From Sphyrna mokarran (Eukaryota), in the NCBI GenBank assembly GCA_024679065.1, contig JAGIQG010000023.1, forward strand, positions 10,540,001 to 10,604,000: a stretch of DNA of 64,000 nt, read 5' to 3'. Below, one piece after another: positions 62,599-64,000 of the stretch (positions are counted from its first letter, which is position 1; each line of letters begins with the position of its first letter). The translations under genes were made by a program, and so were the position numbers. Below the pieces are notes generated by a model, which saw nothing but the letters and a program-made list of their open reading frames with translations, was not told the origin of the DNA and did no database searches.

Positions 62599-63358
62599 AT
62601 CTAGATGGTTGCTAGGCAACGTGCCTCATCAGCCCCTTTGAACGTGAGTTCCTGTGGTTGCCAGGCAGATTCTCCCTATTTTGCCAATGGCACTGCACCC
62701 CAAACACCCAGGAGGCTTCAATGGCCTCCAATCCCACCAGCGAGGCGATCACATCTTCCCTGTTGATGGAGAATCATACCTGATCCTTGCAAGTAAAGAC
62801 CTCGGCTGGTGTAAGGTAAGGGCAAGTGAGCCCAGACAATAGCATGTGGTACTCACTAATTACACACTCAGTCTCAAAGATTCCTCTCACTCCAATCACC
62901 GCTCTGCCCAACCCCTCCATCCAGACACCACTTCCCCCACTCTTGGATTGTGTCAGTCTTCTTCCCTCATAAGGGCCACGGGCCCAGTGCAGGAATGGGT
63001 TACAAAGTGAACCTGGGTGTCCTCCGGCTGGCACGGGCAAGATGGGCCAAACGACCTATTTCTGTGCTGTAATTTTCTGATGGTTCTTTCCCACTTCCTC
63101 CTCCCTCTATTCCCCTCTCCTGCACCCCACTCTTCTTCTCTCCTGTCTCCATCTCCCACTCAACACCAGGGCCACTGACACTCGATCCTGCCATCCTGAA
63201 TACAGCGTAATAGTAATGCATATTTTAATAAAATGAACGAAGAACTACTGGGGATCTGGTGGTGATTTTGAACACCTAGACTGATGGCTTTTTTGTACTA
63301 AATAAAAGAAAATTAAATTCAGGTTTTATTTAATTCATTTCCTTGAGTTTTGGTGCAG

Positions 63359-63471
63359 GTTTTCTGAGCGATTCGATGCATTTGATCACTTTTGACATCA
63401 AATGTCTGTTGATCATTTTTTGTGCAAAAGTAATGTTAACATTTTTTGTAGCTTTTGATCTCAATGGATGA
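63359..63471 (+). CDS. Candidate Lys-containing TM terminal exon for gene C (tentative)
   Basis: ttttggtgcag acceptor, phase 1; (G)FLSDSMHLITFDIKCLLIIFCAKVMLTFFVAFDLNG*. Confidence 0.25.
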
Positions 63472-64000
63472 AATTTAACCAGTCTGGGGTTTATCATTGA
63501 CCAGAATCTGTACTGGACTAGCCATGTAAACACTGTGGCTACTAGAGCAGAACAAAGGCAAGGAGGAATCCTAAAGCAAGAAACCGACCACCTAATTCCC
63601 CAAGGCTGACCATAGAACCGTAGAAATGATACAGCACAGAAGGGGGCCATTCAACCCATCTTGTCCATGCCAACCCAAAGATACTCAGATGCTTTTTCTG
63701 ATCCCATCTTCATGCACACAGCCCATAGCCCTGTATCTTACAGCACAGAAGTGCAGATCCAGGTACTTGTTAACAAATTTAGGATTCCTGTCTCCATCAC
63801 CAACTCAGGCACTGAATGCCATACCCAACATCTACAGGCCGCAAGTCACGAATGAGATGTAATATTCTCCATTTGCCTGGATGAGTGCAATGCCAACAAC
63901 ATTCAAGAAAGTCAACACTATCCAGGACAAAACAACCCACTTGTTTGCTATCCCTTCCAGAAAACACTCAATACCTCTCCCGTTGATGAACAGTGGCAGT

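Noticed and set aside
63170-63206. Small exon-like segment after a long pyrimidine tract
   Set aside because: Weak donor and phase incompatible with the 63359 candidate
1-64000. CRISPR arrays or prokaryotic systems
   Set aside because: Eukaryotic intron-exon DNA; no repeat-spacer array seen

Overview
Repeat-rich vertebrate genomic DNA, almost certainly from a shark or other cartilaginous fish (inferred from HE1/V-SINE-type SINEs, CR1 LINEs and Penelope pLTR remnants). The unique sequence is a + strand cluster of CD300/pIgR-like (CMRF35-like) immune receptor genes, rebuilt by hand from splice sites and phases. Gene A (3' half only) has a Ser/Thr stalk exon, a transmembrane exon carrying Arg (WAIFRWLLF) and a short Tyr-motif-free tail, i.e. 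an activating-type receptor. Gene B is complete: 6 exons, 12092-30860, 265 aa, with leader, V-set Ig, mucin stalk, neutral TM and an ITIM-bearing tail, i.e. an inhibitory-type receptor. A and B share a near-identical ~1.55 kb block containing the stalk exon and diverge just after it, which is the signature of a paired activating/inhibitory receptor system. Gene C has a RUNX/ETS promoter, a 40-nt leader exon with a dead (TT) donor and three tandemly duplicated 327-nt V-Ig exons whose loops are hypervariable. Mobile DNA includes an intact 893-aa Neptune-type Penelope element with a 13-bp target duplication and minimal hammerhead-ribozyme motifs, and two young 5'-truncated CR1 LINEs, one from a family carrying a V-SINE core inside its 3' UTR. 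Gypsy, Tx1 and Harbinger-like remnants, inverted LTR-like repeats and large CA-rich microsatellites are also present.
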